Below, one piece after another: positions 47,699-57,890 of a stretch of 64,000 nt of DNA. The translations under genes were made by a program, and so were the position numbers. The DNA lies in assembly GCA_965238075.1 (NCBI GenBank), contig OZ250173.1:2016001-2080000 (forward strand). Direction: 5' to 3'. Within the stretch, counting starts at the first letter, position 1. Every line of letters starts with the position of its first letter. The stretch is from Candidatus Entotheonellaceae bacterium. GTDB lineage: Bacteria > Tectomicrobia > Entotheonellia > Entotheonellales > Entotheonellaceae. The notes beneath the pieces were generated by a model, which was not told where the DNA came from, searched no databases, and was given only the letters and a program-made list of their open reading frames with translations.

Positions 47699-48328
47699 TC
47701 ACGATGTCATCGGGCGGCGGGACAGATCGAGGGGAGCCGCGTCGCGGGCTTGAGCGAGCTCGAAGCCGGGTCTGGAGGGCTCCATAAAGGTGATGGCGTC
47801 GTAAAAGTCGTCCAGGGGCACGAACACGCCGTTGCTCTCGGCCCAGCGGCGCATACGCTGATTGCAGGCGTGCACCCAGGACAGAATCTCGATACGCCAA
47901 CCGCGCCGGTGCATGCGCTCGAGGGTGCTGTGAAAACCGGCCCCTTCCAGATAACCGGCGCCGTCGCCGGTGAGCAGGACCACAATGCCGGGATCTCCGT
48001 TGTAGTCCAGGGCGTCTTCGAGCATCCGCAATTGCAAGAGGCGGTCGGGCATTTCCTGTTCACCCCGTTCCCGGCTGCCGCGGTCGAATAATCTGACTTC
48101 AATTCCGTTGCTTTCCATCCGGTTCCAGAGTTGCCGCATCTCCGAAGGCACCGAGCCCACCGCCAAGGCTCGCTCAATGGGCCGGTCCGCGTGCGCCAGC
48201 CGCAGCATGTTGTCAAAGTGCACCCGAATGCGATACCGCGCATTGGGGTCTTCCGAGCGCTCCTCGGCCAAGCGCTGCGCCTCGTGGAAGATGTTCGAGT
48301 TGTCCCAGTACACGAAGATGTGGTCCAT
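47699..48328 (-). CDS. NYN-domain (PIN-like) protein
   Basis: YWDNSN, EQ..D, LLTGDG..F, GWRIE; GAGG RBS in the 24-nt gap after the previous gene. Confidence 0.8.
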   Translation of the reverse strand: MDHIFVYWDNSNIFHEAQRLAEERSEDPNARYRIRVHFDNMLRLAHADRPIERALAVGSVPSEMRQLWNRMESNGIEVRLFDRGSRERGEQEMPDRLLQLRMLEDALDYNGDPGIVVLLTGDGAGYLEGAGFHSTLERMHRRGWRIEILSWVHACNQRMRRWAESNGVFVPLDDFYDAITFMEPSRPGFELAQARDAAPLDLSRRPMTS

Positions 48329-48352
48329 GCCGCCTCACCCTTTGATAAGACG

Positions 48353-51073
48353 CTACCATCTCGTCCGGCGAGCCGCTGTTTCGAGGCGGCGATATGCTGG
48401 AACCTGAACAAGATGCGGCGCAACCTTACGCACCTGAGCAAGTGCATCTCCCAAGTCATAGGGAATGATCGCGTTTTCTGCCTTCTCGACCGTCCGATCA
48501 AGGAGGCGCAATAACGCATTGGCTTTGGCCTCGTCGTCAACTATTGCCAGTTTTGGCACGCCATTCTCGTTCCCATACAACTCATAATCGGACATTGACC
48601 AACAAGCAAACGGCTTGAGAAACCGGTCCACGGTGTCCACAGCTTCGGCGAAGCCACCGCCGGCGATTGCCGGGAGTTTCGCCAATGCATGACTGAGCCC
48701 CGGCGATGTCAGTGAGCGTTCTTGCGGCCAGACGTTTTGCAGGAAAGGCTTGGCCACTGACCGGAATAGTTCCTCCCGCGACGGCAGGTTCGGTTCCTGA
48801 TTGCTCGGTGATGATATCTCACTTACGAAGCGCGTGGTTGCTTCTGCACAGGACGTACGTACCTCTTCGTCGTCCAGTGACCGTATCATTTGCTGGATAC
48901 GGCTGTGCTCGATAGCCGGTTCTCGTTGTTCCCACAGAGCATGAAGGGATTCAACGACCAAGCTGAATGCCAATGAACAACGAGCATCACGATCAAGCTG
49001 GCGGTCCTTGGTCCGCGCTGCCATGTCATCACCAATAATTCCCAGTACGTCCTTGAATTGCGTGCGACAACTGACAGCACGCCAAAGGGCCAGTGCATCC
49101 TCGTTATTCGCACGAAGCGGGCGAATAAGGTGCTCTTGGGTCCATTCTTTGTCAGTGTGTAGGAAGTATCCCAGAAGCTCGATCAGCCGATGCTTGGCAA
49201 TCAATCCAGATCGACCCGAAGCGTTGATGACATGATCTCTCACCATTCGTAAATCGCTGGGATTATCAAATGGCCGAGGATTCTGGGTTAAGTCTGGGCG
49301 GGCAGCCAGGAACACACCAACGAGCTTCCCCGCGGGTGGGTTCAGGGTATCCAGGTCTTGAGGCTCGTCGGCATTGGGCCACACGTTAACATTAAGGTTA
49401 GGTTCTTCATTCGGTGGCTGCCTTGCATTCGTCGTCTCGACAGCCGATGGCCAAGCGCGGAGCCAGACTACGGACCAATTTGGCTGGGCGACAACGTACT
49501 TTTGCCAAGAACTAAGCCAGTGGGTAATGCCTTCGATGGCTTTGGATAGAGTGTCACCGGACAACGTCTCAAGGAGATTAAGCATCCGACGGACGGCTTC
49601 CTTGCCAATTTCCCTTTCTTGATCCGCCGCAGGTGAATGTATCCAACCCAAGCATTCCCAGACCTGCGGGAACTCCGCTCCGCCATTGAGGCTTGATTCC
49701 ATGTCCTTCAAAACCTGCAGAGGGTTATCTTCTTCGCTCAGCCAAGCTCTTGCCCGGCTGGCTGGATCATCATCCAATCCGTGGGACGGGCGTGAGAGTG
49801 CTTGTTCCAACGCTCTCAGCCGATCAGTGCCCGCAAGGAAATCCAGGGAGCGGTCAGGATTTGGGAAGCTGTAACCCACTTTCGGGGCGTTCAAGAACCC
49901 CTCGTCGATTCGATCCATTTCAGCTAAATCGGAGAACCGGCCGATGTTTGATCCCAACCAGGTTTTGTCGCCCCGCGGGAGAGTAGCCCCGGCCACCTCA
50001 ATGCGTCTCAGCTCCCGGACAATCCAGTAGAGGCGAGCCTTCTCAATGTGGTGCACTTCGGCATTCTTAGGCCATGAGTTGCGAGACCGCCCCTTGCGTA
50101 TTCTTTTAGTAATGGCCTTTTGTGCGGCGTTGTCTAATTCGTAGAAACGTCGAGCACGCAGTTCGGCAATTTCCGGGTGGTGATAAACATCCCAGAAGGT
50201 TCCATGGTCTAATTGGAGAAGAAACTCACTTACCTCGGTGGCGGGCGCAATCCGGGAATCACGACAAATTGCCGCCCAGAGTCGCAGATGGATAGGAGAG
50301 ACCGTTTGTTTCCAGCGGCTGACAAAAGCAAGCGCAGCGGAAAAATCGACGTCAGCGAGACGTGAAACGACTGCATGAAGGAGCTTTACCGAGGGGGCAA
50401 TGCCTCGGCCAAATGCATCGGGTTCGTGCTTGTCTTCGTCGGACTTACACTCTGATGCGTAGTACACGCGGCGCAGTAAGAGATGCTCTCGTCCCCTCCA
50501 CCCGATGCGCCTTGCAATATCCAATCCGTGCGCAACCGCGGCATCCAACGCACTGGCCCAAGAAACGAGGAATTCCCCTTCGGTCAGTTGCTCCAAGCCC
50601 AGAAAGGTCGGATTGATCACTTTTCCACTTGTCAGGCTCGCACAAAACATATCGCGGAAGGTTTTGGGACTTTTGGGAAAATTCTGGTATTGGCGAGCGC
50701 GAGACAAGTAGGGTCCAACAACTAACCTTGGTGCGACGAGATCAACAATGACTGAAACAAGGCTGCCGGATCGGTCCCCGCAATGGAATCGTTCTCTGAT
50801 TGTCTTCTGATTCCAACTATCGTCCCTACCAATTGGCTCCTCCCAGCTTTCTTCAATTAAACGCCAAGCGGAACGCCACGGTTCCCTGAGATTTATTCCA
50901 TCCTCTCGATCAAGCCAGTTCAGGATTGCCTGTCGTTTGACGATTTCACTCGGACCGAGACCCACAGCCCATTCGATGGTTTCTTTGTCTTCGAGACGAC
51001 CCTTGAGAAACGCGACTGCACAACGCATTATCTCTTGGTCTCTTACACTCCAAGTCTGCGGAAAGGATCTCAT
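48353..51073 (-). CDS. Large (about 906 aa) Trp-rich protein resembling the non-catalytic region of Dsr1-type defence sirtuins
   Basis: ATG 51073 overlaps the TGA of the SIR2 gene (TGATG). Motifs LNPPAGKL, D.EWT..HL, PFLQNVWP..R. More AT-rich than the backbone. The family link is from memory and unverified. Confidence 0.6.
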   Translation of the reverse strand: MRSFPQTWSVRDQEIMRCAVAFLKGRLEDKETIEWAVGLGPSEIVKRQAILNWLDREDGINLREPWRSAWRLIEESWEEPIGRDDSWNQKTIRERFHCGDRSGSLVSVIVDLVAPRLVVGPYLSRARQYQNFPKSPKTFRDMFCASLTSGKVINPTFLGLEQLTEGEFLVSWASALDAAVAHGLDIARRIGWRGREHLLLRRVYYASECKSDEDKHEPDAFGRGIAPSVKLLHAVVSRLADVDFSAALAFVSRWKQTVSPIHLRLWAAICRDSRIAPATEVSEFLLQLDHGTFWDVYHHPEIAELRARRFYELDNAAQKAITKRIRKGRSRNSWPKNAEVHHIEKARLYWIVRELRRIEVAGATLPRGDKTWLGSNIGRFSDLAEMDRIDEGFLNAPKVGYSFPNPDRSLDFLAGTDRLRALEQALSRPSHGLDDDPASRARAWLSEEDNPLQVLKDMESSLNGGAEFPQVWECLGWIHSPAADQEREIGKEAVRRMLNLLETLSGDTLSKAIEGITHWLSSWQKYVVAQPNWSVVWLRAWPSAVETTNARQPPNEEPNLNVNVWPNADEPQDLDTLNPPAGKLVGVFLAARPDLTQNPRPFDNPSDLRMVRDHVINASGRSGLIAKHRLIELLGYFLHTDKEWTQEHLIRPLRANNEDALALWRAVSCRTQFKDVLGIIGDDMAARTKDRQLDRDARCSLAFSLVVESLHALWEQREPAIEHSRIQQMIRSLDDEEVRTSCAEATTRFVSEISSPSNQEPNLPSREELFRSVAKPFLQNVWPQERSLTSPGLSHALAKLPAIAGGGFAEAVDTVDRFLKPFACWSMSDYELYGNENGVPKLAIVDDEAKANALLRLLDRTVEKAENAIIPYDLGDALAQVRKVAPHLVQVPAYRRLETAARRTRW

Positions 51074-52269
51074 CAGCGAGCCCTTTGGCCTACCTGCGAC
51101 GACGCTTCCACGATAGCGTCGAGCCAACCCAGGTCCGCGTTGTGTTTGGAAACCAGAGATGACAAGCGAAGGCGTTCGCTTGGCTCGCTTCGACGGATGA
51201 TATGGTCGAATAAATCACGCTCTTCGTCGTTGGCCCCCGTCCTTCTTGCCCTTACGATATTCTTCATTTCTCGGTCGATACGGCTTCTCTTTCCATTGAT
51301 GGCCGAGAATTCAGCCCATTGGACCAGTGTACGTGTCAACTGAGAATGGTCATTACTTGGGCTTTCGTACCGTATCGGCGTGATGCCACGATCCCTCCAA
51401 TCCTCCAATGTTACGGGATCGTCCTCATCCATTCCCACGAATACGAATCGTTCCTTGAGGTCAGGAAAGCGGGCCACATCCGCAGCCACGGCGTTAAGCA
51501 GATATCTCATTGGTGGATCGTTTGCGCTGTAGCCTACAAAGACCAAGTTATACAGGCGGGTGGCGTCGTAGATCAGATCGGGAACGATTCGCCGGCGGAA
51601 ATAGTATTCGCCGAAGTCCTGATCGGAAATAATCAAATCGGCACTTCGCTTAGGATTTCGGTCCAAGGCGCCATGGATGTGCAGTACGCCTTTGAATTCT
51701 GGCCTGCGGGTTGGCCTAGGTATTCCCCCAAGTGCGTATGTCTCGACCGATTGCCTCATAGCCCGCGCGGCGCTTTCAAGGAGGAGATCGAAATTCGTCG
51801 TGATGATCGCCGATGCCCCACCGCGGTCGGCAAGGCGCATCAATGCTCGATGAATTGAAGCCGGTTTAGCCCCGGCACGGAGGATCGTTCCAATTTTCTC
51901 CCTAACCGGACTCCCTCCAGTGTTTCCTTCAACTCCCTGCTCAAGCCTCCGCTCAAGCATTCCCAAAACGACATCGTATTCGTCTTGTTGGAAACGCTTA
52001 ATCTCCGCTTTTTGTCCATCATTCAAGTTAGATAAGTCAGTGTTGTGTCCATTATGCGAAATAACGGAATACACTCCCAAATCCAGCGCTTCGTACACTT
52101 TTACGACGAGTTCACGGAAGTTGGGCAACCCTGCGGACATTGAAACGCCAGCGCCTGCGACGAAGAGAACCTCGCCTCGTGCATGGGCGAGGAGCAGACG
52201 CTCTGGAATCCGTGCGGCTGATTGCCCCAGCATAATAGCTCTGCTGTCGATGTCTGGAGGTTGGTTCAT
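51073..52269 (-). CDS. SIR2_2 family (defence-type NADase-like) protein
   Basis: IPERLL.AH..G.V.F.AGAGVS..AGLP.F, ITTNFD.LLE, HIHG, DFGEYY, FVGYSANDP. Confidence 0.88.
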   Translation of the reverse strand: MNQPPDIDSRAIMLGQSAARIPERLLLAHARGEVLFVAGAGVSMSAGLPNFRELVVKVYEALDLGVYSVISHNGHNTDLSNLNDGQKAEIKRFQQDEYDVVLGMLERRLEQGVEGNTGGSPVREKIGTILRAGAKPASIHRALMRLADRGGASAIITTNFDLLLESAARAMRQSVETYALGGIPRPTRRPEFKGVLHIHGALDRNPKRSADLIISDQDFGEYYFRRRIVPDLIYDATRLYNLVFVGYSANDPPMRYLLNAVAADVARFPDLKERFVFVGMDEDDPVTLEDWRDRGITPIRYESPSNDHSQLTRTLVQWAEFSAINGKRSRIDREMKNIVRARRTGANDEERDLFDHIIRRSEPSERLRLSSLVSKHNADLGWLDAIVEASSQVGQRAR

Positions 52270-52346
52270 GGACGTGCCCGCGCCTGCGGTGGAGCAAAAA
52301 CACCGGCCCGCTTGAGTTTATCGCTTCTGCATTTTGGCGATTGTCA

Positions 52347-52367
52347 GATCTGTATTGTCAACAGATC
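52347..52367. promoter_or_regulatory. Inverted repeat upstream of the SIR2 operon
   Basis: GATCTGT-N7-ACAGATC, overlapping a minus-strand TTGACA. Confidence 0.45.
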
Positions 52368-52404
52368 AAGGAGTTGAAAGGTATAAATTTTCGGATCAGG
52401 ACGC

Positions 52405-53265
52405 TTATCGCGTCCAGGGATGCGGCAGGCCGGGTATTTTGCTGCGCAGGGTGTAGACGGAGGTTCGTGCCGTGAAGAACATCGTCTGCCGGTCGGGGCC
52501 GCCGAACAGCAGATTCGCCGGGATCTCCGGGGTGCGAATGATGCCCAGCCGGGTGCCGTCGGGAGCGAAGACCCAGGTGCCGCCCGGACCGGTGCAGTAG
52601 ACGTTGCCTTCCACGTCCACCTTCATGCCGTCCGGCACGCCATCGGACTCCACGGACGACATGTCGGCGAAAATCTGCCGACGCACCATGAGACCATCTG
52701 CCCCGATTTCGATGGCGTGAATGTAGGCTCCCCAGCGCGTATTGGAGACGTATAGGGTTTTCTCGTCGGGCGAAAAGGCCAGACCGTTCGGATACTCACA
52801 GTCCGCCACCAGGGTCATGGCGCCGTCGGGCGCGATCCGGTAAACCCCCGAATAGGGGCATTCGCGCTCTGCGAAGGGGACGCGCAAGCCGGGGTCGGTG
52901 AAATAGATGCTGCCGTCCGAGGCGCACACCACGTCATTGGGCCGGTTCAGGCGCCGACCCTCATAGCGCTCGGCAACCGTCTCGACTTGGCTATCGGCTG
53001 TCATGCGGGTGACCCGGCGGTTACCGCCTTCGCACATGAGCAGGCGGCCTTGCAGGTCGAACGTCGTGCCGTTGCCTTCGCCGGTGTTCTCACGCACCGT
53101 TTCCGGTGGCTGTCCCGGGACCAGGCGGTGCAGCCGGTTGTTGGGCAGGTCCACGAAATAGTAAAAGCCGTCGGGATGCCAGGTCGGCCCTTCCGTAAAG
53201 GCAAATCCCGTGGCCAACTGCTCGGCTTCCGTCGTTGCCAGAATCCTGCTGAGCGGATCACCCAT
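52405..53265 (-). CDS. SMP-30/gluconolactonase-family protein
   Basis: FTEGP.W, NRPND, FTDP, PNGLAFSPD, PDGMKVD. Confidence 0.93.
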   Translation of the reverse strand: MGDPLSRILATTEAEQLATGFAFTEGPTWHPDGFYYFVDLPNNRLHRLVPGQPPETVRENTGEGNGTTFDLQGRLLMCEGGNRRVTRMTADSQVETVAERYEGRRLNRPNDVVCASDGSIYFTDPGLRVPFAERECPYSGVYRIAPDGAMTLVADCEYPNGLAFSPDEKTLYVSNTRWGAYIHAIEIGADGLMVRRQIFADMSSVESDGVPDGMKVDVEGNVYCTGPGGTWVFAPDGTRLGIIRTPEIPANLLFGGPDRQTMFFTARTSVYTLRSKIPGLPHPWTR

Positions 53266-53289
53266 GACAAGTCCTCCTTTCATCTCGCT

Positions 53290-53826
53290 TTATCCGTCCA
53301 TTGGCCAGACGGTGCGAATGGGGTCGGTGCCGTCCCAGTCGCGCGCGGCTTCGGCAATGCGCCGAAACATCCGCCCCTTGGGACCGCTGATGTCCGAGAG
53401 CTCGACCACCGTGCCGGGATGCCCTTCGGTTTGGAAGTAGACGAAGCGTCCCGGATCCCCGACGCGTCCTGACTGGCCAATGGCGTAGCCGGCATCGAGG
53501 GCGCGGGCGAGGTCGGCCTCGAACGTGGTTGTCCAATACGCAACGTGCTGCAGACCCTCGTGCCCTGCCTGCAGGAAATCGTGGTACATCGACGGCCCGT
53601 CGTTGCGCTGCTGGATGAGTTCGATTTGCAGCGTGCCCGAGTTCGCCAGGGCAATCGAGACTTCGGCAGGCGAGGGCGTCCCCTTATAGGAAAAATCCAC
53701 GATGGGCGCGCGCTCGACGTAGTACCACGGCCCAACGTCCAACACCTCGATCCAGTGCCGCATGGCGGCCTGGATGTCACGCACAACGTAGCCATTCTGG
53801 GTAACGGCTCCAAAGAATCGGCTCAT
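53290..53826 (-). CDS. VOC-family (glyoxalase-like) protein
   Basis: QNGYVVRD, QIELIQ, GLQHVA, VVEL. Confidence 0.88.
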   Translation of the reverse strand: MSRFFGAVTQNGYVVRDIQAAMRHWIEVLDVGPWYYVERAPIVDFSYKGTPSPAEVSIALANSGTLQIELIQQRNDGPSMYHDFLQAGHEGLQHVAYWTTTFEADLARALDAGYAIGQSGRVGDPGRFVYFQTEGHPGTVVELSDISGPKGRMFRRIAEAARDWDGTDPIRTVWPMDG

Positions 53827-54014
53827 CTGTCTTCTCCTCTACTGTGACGCCGTGGGGCAGAACCCGCCTACGCGTCGTCGTTGGCATGATGACGGTTTGA
53901 CCTCCCCGCGGGCAAGCGATAGACTGACAGCCCTCCCAAGCGTGCCTGCTGGCCGCGGCGTAACGCAACCCGTTGGCTGCACAAACCGACCCTCGAATGT
54001 GACGGAGCTACCGC

Positions 54015-54653
54015 ATGGACAGTGGTATCCATTGGTTCGACTTGGCGACGATTGTGGTCTTGATCCTGAGCGGTATCTGGAGCCTGTTTCGGGGTTTCTT
54101 GCGGGAAATGCTGTCGTTGCTGGGCTTTGTCGTGGTGGTGACGCTGGCGGTGTACGCCTATCCCCACGTGTTCGTTGCCCTGGAGGGGGTCGTCAGTGAA
54201 ACCTGGGTGCGGCAGGTTGTCGGCATGGCGCTGGTCTTCATCGCCGCCGTGGTGCTCTTCGTCGGCTTCGTCAAATTGGGCGCGGTGTTGACCCATGCGA
54301 TGGGGCTTTCCATTCTCGACCGGCTGCTGGGCTTTTGCTTTGGCCTGCTGAAGGTCGTTGTCTTCGTTTCCCTGCTGTTCCTGGTGGGCAACAGATTCCT
54401 GCCTGATCTGACGATCCTGTTGACCCATACGTCCATTCTGGGCCCGACGTTCGGCTACACTGCCGGCCTGCTGGAAAGGACGATCCTGGAGCAAGGTGTT
54501 GGCATCCTTGAGGAGCCGCTCATTACGCCGGAACAACTGCCCGCCCTCCCGGAGCTGGGGCTGCCGGAGGTCGTCGAGCCGTACGTGCCAGAGCCGTTCG
54601 CCCCGGATGATTCCGCCCCCGACAATGGCGTCCCGGCGCCCGAGCCGCAATAG
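54015..54653 (+). CDS. cvpA: CvpA-family membrane protein
   Basis: RGFLREMLSL, LDRLLGFCFGLLK. Confidence 0.88.
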   Translation: MDSGIHWFDLATIVVLILSGIWSLFRGFLREMLSLLGFVVVVTLAVYAYPHVFVALEGVVSETWVRQVVGMALVFIAAVVLFVGFVKLGAVLTHAMGLSILDRLLGFCFGLLKVVVFVSLLFLVGNRFLPDLTILLTHTSILGPTFGYTAGLLERTILEQGVGILEEPLITPEQLPALPELGLPEVVEPYVPEPFAPDDSAPDNGVPAPEPQ

Positions 54654-54669
54654 AGCCGGCGTTTCCGGC

Positions 54670-55278
54670 TTATTCCTCGGCCTTGGCCGCATCGGTTTTG
54701 CTGAAGGTCTGCCGTACCTCCTGATTGGCCTCGATAAGGCGCTGCATGCGCTCCGTTGCCTCCTGCCGCATGAACTCCTCTACGCACGATAGCACCACGC
54801 GACCGGCCAGGGTATTGACGTTGGGAATCTCCGGCAGCGGATGGGCCTCCGGGTCCTTCTGCACGGCGGCGATGCGCTCGGCGATCGTGTCGTTGTCGTA
54901 CATTTCCTCGAAGCCATAGCGATAGTGCAACCGAACGTAATCCCGCTCCTTGGTCGAGTCGCCGTTCGCCTCCTGTTGCACGATGTTTTCCATGTCCATG
55001 TCTTCCGGGCGCTTGGCGTCGCTGGCGAGGAATTCCCCAATGGCCGAGAAATAGTTGGTGAACTCTTCCCGGTCCAGATCGTCCTGCGGAATTTTGGAGC
55101 TGATTTCCAGCTCAATGGCGTCCCCGTTGATGGCCGGCGTGCCGATTTCATACGTGATGCCGTCAAGGTGAAAGCGGTTCTCCCGCTTGGCCTGGTACTG
55201 CGTCTTGAACGACTCGATACAGTCCGTCACCCCGTTGGCAACGAACTGGTGGAATAGCTGCTGCCTGAAATCTGACAT
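54670..55278 (-). CDS. Hypothetical acidic protein
   Basis: AGGAG RBS; host-like codon usage; no recognisable motif. Confidence 0.75.
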   Translation of the reverse strand: MSDFRQQLFHQFVANGVTDCIESFKTQYQAKRENRFHLDGITYEIGTPAINGDAIELEISSKIPQDDLDREEFTNYFSAIGEFLASDAKRPEDMDMENIVQQEANGDSTKERDYVRLHYRYGFEEMYDNDTIAERIAAVQKDPEAHPLPEIPNVNTLAGRVVLSCVEEFMRQEATERMQRLIEANQEVRQTFSKTDAAKAEE

Positions 55279-55317
55279 CCCTTGTACTCCTTTTGAAAAT
55301 GCCGGCTCATGCTCCCC

Positions 55318-55358
55318 CCTCCCTCCCTCTCATTGGGGAGAGGGTTGGGGTGAGGGGG
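55318..55358 (-). repeat. CCCTCACCC-type REP-like palindrome
   Basis: Minus strand reads CCCCTCACCCCAACCCTCTCCCCAATGAGAGGGAGG. Confidence 0.6.
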
Positions 55359-55565
55359 AAATCCAAATGAGATATGATCCAAAGGCCGCTCCCGCCAACG
55401 GTCTGGCGGCACCGAATCTGCCCTCGCGGCATCCAATCAATAGATACGGTTGAACATGGATGGAGTGACGCCAGTATAGACACGCCCCCCGCCCGGCGCA
55501 ACGCCGAAGCGTGTGTTGGCACCGTTCTTGACGCTGCTCGCCGGTGTCAATTAGACTGACTACCC

Positions 55566-57443
55566 ATGACTCTTCTGCGTGTAAGCAATATCACCAAGAC
55601 CTTCGCCGGGGTGCCGGTTCTGCAAGATGTTTCCTGGCAGATCGAAGCCGGGCGCAAGATCGGCCTGGTGGGCGCCAACGGCAGCGGCAAAAGCACCCTC
55701 CTCAATCTCCTCAGCGGTGTGATGAGCGCCGATCGCGGCGCCATCGAAACGGCGCGTCAGGTGCGCCTCGGCTACCTCACTCAGGAAATGGCGGCTGAGG
55801 GCGACCGGACGCTGTACGACGAGGTGTGCGAGGCGTTCCGCCCGCTGCTGGACATGCAGGCGGAAATGACTCGCCTGGAAACGCGCATGGCGCAGCAGCA
55901 GGCCAGCGACGCCGACATGCAACGCTATGGGGCGCTGATGGAGGCGTTCAACGCTCGGCAGGGCTATGCCATCCGCGCGCGCGTCGAGGCCACCTTGTCT
56001 GGGCTGGGGTTCCGTCCCGAGGCGCTGCAAACGTCGGTTCGACACCTCAGCGGCGGTCAGAAGAATATCGCGGCCCTGGCCCGCGTGCTCCTGCAAGAGC
56101 CGGACTTGCTGCTGCTGGACGAGCCCTCGAACCACCTCGACGTGCAGGCGACGGAATGGCTGGAAGGCGTCCTGCGGGATTATGCGGGCGCCGTCGTGGC
56201 TGTTTCGCACGATCGCTATTTTCTCGACCGCACCGTCGATGAAATCGTCGAGTTGGAGCAGCACGGCCTGCAGCGCTATCCTGGTAATTATTCCGCCTAC
56301 GTGACCGCCAAGGCGCTGCGCCGCGAGCAGCAGGGAAAGGCGTACGACCAGCAGCAGGCCGAGATCGAGCGGCACGAGGAATTCATCCGTCGCAACATGG
56401 CGGGGCAGAAGACCAAGCAGGCGCAGAGCCGCCAGAAGATGCTGGCGCGCATCGATCGGCTTGAAAGACCGGGCGGCGACGGGCGCCGCATGAACGTGCA
56501 ATTTACCGCCAACCGGCGTGAGAACCACGAGGTGCTGGTGTGCCGCAATCTGCAAAAGCGCTACGGCGACCGCGAGGTGCTGCGGCGCCTGTCGTTTACC
56601 GTCTACAGGGGCGAGAAGGTCGGCCTGACGGGGCCCAACGGCGCCGGCAAGAGCACCCTGCTGCGCCTGCTGATGGGCCAGGAAGCGCCCGACGGCGGCA
56701 CCTTGCAAGTCGGCAGCAACATTGCCGTGGCGTATTACGATCAGGAACTGGGCAGTCTGCAAGCACGGAACACCGTGCTCGACGAGGTGTGGCAGATGAC
56801 GCCGGATTGGACGCAGGGCGAGATGCGGAGTCACCTGGGCCGCTTCCTGTTCTCGGGCGATGAGGTGTTGCAGACTATCGGCAGTCTGAGTGGCGGCCAG
56901 AAGAGCCGCGTGGCGCTCGCCAAGCTGATGCTGACCAAGGCCAACCTGCTGGTGCTTGACGAGCCGACCAACCATCTGGACATCCCTGCCTGCGAGATGC
57001 TCGAGCAGGCCCTGGCGGGCTACCCCGGCACCCTGCTGATCGTGTCGCACGACCGCTATTTTCTGGACCGCGTCATCGACCGGCTGCTGATTCTGCACGA
57101 CGGCATGTGCACGTCGCACGCGGGCAATTATTCCGATTACCAAGCGTCCCTGGCGGCCCCGGCACCCGCCGCCCCGTCGGTGAAGGCCCGCAAGAAAGCG
57201 CCTCCTCCCCTCCGGCGGCGCGGCGTCAAACGGCGCACGCCAGGCTCCATCGAGCGTGAGATCGCCCAGGTTGAGGCGGAAATCGCCGCCCTGCAGGCCG
57301 AATTGGAGACCCGGCATGACCCCAGCGATTGGCAACAGCTTGCCGACATCAGCAGCCGACAAGGGGACGCCTCGGAACGGCTGCAACAGCTTCTGAAGGA
57401 GTGGGAAAACAGCATGGCCATCGAAGAAGGGAGCGTGAGTTGA
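55566..57443 (+). CDS. ABC-F family ATPase
   Basis: Two NBDs (GANGSGKS, GPNGAGKS), LDEP.NHLD, SHDRYFLD, no TM domain, C-terminal coiled coil. Confidence 0.94.
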   Translation: MTLLRVSNITKTFAGVPVLQDVSWQIEAGRKIGLVGANGSGKSTLLNLLSGVMSADRGAIETARQVRLGYLTQEMAAEGDRTLYDEVCEAFRPLLDMQAEMTRLETRMAQQQASDADMQRYGALMEAFNARQGYAIRARVEATLSGLGFRPEALQTSVRHLSGGQKNIAALARVLLQEPDLLLLDEPSNHLDVQATEWLEGVLRDYAGAVVAVSHDRYFLDRTVDEIVELEQHGLQRYPGNYSAYVTAKALRREQQGKAYDQQQAEIERHEEFIRRNMAGQKTKQAQSRQKMLARIDRLERPGGDGRRMNVQFTANRRENHEVLVCRNLQKRYGDREVLRRLSFTVYRGEKVGLTGPNGAGKSTLLRLLMGQEAPDGGTLQVGSNIAVAYYDQELGSLQARNTVLDEVWQMTPDWTQGEMRSHLGRFLFSGDEVLQTIGSLSGGQKSRVALAKLMLTKANLLVLDEPTNHLDIPACEMLEQALAGYPGTLLIVSHDRYFLDRVIDRLLILHDGMCTSHAGNYSDYQASLAAPAPAAPSVKARKKAPPPLRRRGVKRRTPGSIEREIAQVEAEIAALQAELETRHDPSDWQQLADISSRQGDASERLQQLLKEWENSMAIEEGSVS

Positions 57444-57817
57444 GTACCTCAGATCTGATCATCCTGACCGACGCCGATTACCGGCGCTTACGGCGTGACC
57501 TCAAGGAAACGGGACTCGATCTGTGCTACATGGCGCAGGCGGACCGACCCGTGCGCCTCAAGTGGTCCCCGGACCTCTTCCGACGAGTGGATTTTCTGCA
57601 AAACCTGGCGCAGCGCCGGCCAAGCGATCCCAGTTACCGCGTGGCGTCGGTGTCCCTCCTCAAGAAAGCCACCTGGTTTCAGCCCGATCAGTTCGCCATC
57701 ACTTTCCATGCCGTCGGCGACTTGCACGATGCGGACCTGGACAAGTATCTGGCCGAGCACAACGTGCAGAGCAGTGTCGAGACGTCGCGCGACATGCTGG
57801 CCGCCCGCACGGCTTAG
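57440..57817 (+). CDS. Hypothetical protein
   Basis: TTGA overlap with the ABC-F stop; host-like codons. Confidence 0.55.
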   Translation: MSTSDLIILTDADYRRLRRDLKETGLDLCYMAQADRPVRLKWSPDLFRRVDFLQNLAQRRPSDPSYRVASVSLLKKATWFQPDQFAITFHAVGDLHDADLDKYLAEHNVQSSVETSRDMLAARTA

Positions 57818-57890
57818 CGGCACTCGCATCTTAACGCCCTGTCTCGCTAACGCTCGCAGGGCTGTGGACAGGCGGCGGAGGCCGCCCCTT

